From: Strigamia acuminata
Lineage: Eukaryota
NCBI GenBank assembly: GCA_949358305.1
Contig: OX442314.1
Span: 22,320,001 to 22,384,000 of the forward strand
Reading direction: 5' to 3'
DNA length: 64,000 bases
Below the pieces are notes generated by a model that made no database searches, was not told the DNA's origin, and saw only the letters and a program-made list of their open reading frames with translations. Shown piece by piece: positions 63,042 through 64,000 of the stretch. Position numbers and translations under genes: made by a program. Position 1 is the stretch's first letter. Each line of letters starts with the position of its first letter.

Positions 63042-64000
63042 CAGACCACGGCTGATATTGACTTGGCTGACAAGATAATCATCGTTTGGTGACACATTAT
63101 TGGGCTTTCAAGCACTCAGATTATTATACATAATTGAAATAGTCATCTTGACTACTCGAAATTCTACTCTGGTACTTGTAATCCACTCGGTTTATCAGAA
63201 AGAAAAAGAGATTTTAGTTTAAAAAGTTTGAAATAATTTTATAGTTAGTTTTTTTTTTCAAACTCCATTAGGAATAAAAATCTATCATTTTTAAATAATG
63301 AATTTTTAAACCCAACAGAAATGTATAAATTATAGGGAAGATGGTATAAGTTATGTCAAAACAATAAACTTTGTAATATTTCACAAATAAACATTGAGCG
63401 CAGGTATTAGAATTTAAACCACCAAATTAGCAAAATGTTTTTTTAAAAATAAATTAAAAAGAAGTATGAAAAATTAAATTGTATAATTGTATACGGTAAT
63501 TACCTAATTCCCAGCATGCTTTTAAATTTCACTTTGAAGTCATATAACTAGTCACAGCTCACAAAAACCATACAAATACACTTAATTGATGAGTTTCGTT
63601 GATTGGTTTCCCAAGTTAAATTTAAGCTTTCTGGTAATTTTACTGTTGACATTTATAAATATCCACATTAACTTCTTTAATTTACGTCCTTTAGGCAATT
63701 AAAATGTCATATTTATACAGAAAACAAATATGACATATCTAATTACCTAAAAAAAAGAGTATTCAGTAGCAGTTTCGCATTTAATGTACATTTTTCTAAG
63801 ATAAAATTTATTATTCATAACATTTTTGGCGCTGTATAAACCAAACCGAACCTCCCCGTGCTTCTTTTTAGCATCAAAACATGATTCAAAACATTCCTAG
63901 CAACAGAGAACCGATCGAAAAATCCCTTTTATTTCTTCGAATTTTTTAAGATTTGTTAAAACTTCAATTGAACCGCTCTTAATTAATATTTACACAAGCA

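Overview
AT-rich, gene-dense eukaryotic DNA with many ~50-90 nt GT-AG introns. The gene content suggests an arthropod, possibly a non-insect such as a myriapod (inference). It is not prokaryotic, and I saw no CRISPR array. Recognisable spliced genes in order: Rfx (3' part, +), IntS5 (-), Tax1bp3 (+), Myg1 (+), a MAST kinase with several first exons (+), a disrupted THAP gene (-), Gxylt (+), an orphan secreted coiled-coil gene (+), Riok2 (-), Armc7 (+), a C1orf87-like EF-hand gene (+), C3orf38-like (-), Bet1L (-) and the 5' part of a pyrokinin/CAPA/NMU-type GPCR (+). The GPCR intron holds a rearranged Ty1/copia element with an intact 5-bp TSD. Mobile DNA also includes several MITE families and a 5S-derived SINE. 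The least explained region is 11.2-15.7 kb, where a duplicated promoter-like segment (hairpin plus TTC-N4-GAA sites) precedes orphan small ORFs: two paralogous Ala-rich/CxxC proteins and a stand-alone SAM-like microprotein. Other signals are a 42-bp intronic duplex in Bet1L, RFX X-boxes near the Rfx gene, and paired miR-9 and miR-279 sites in the Rfx 3'UTR. All family calls come from recognising motifs by eye; no database search was run.
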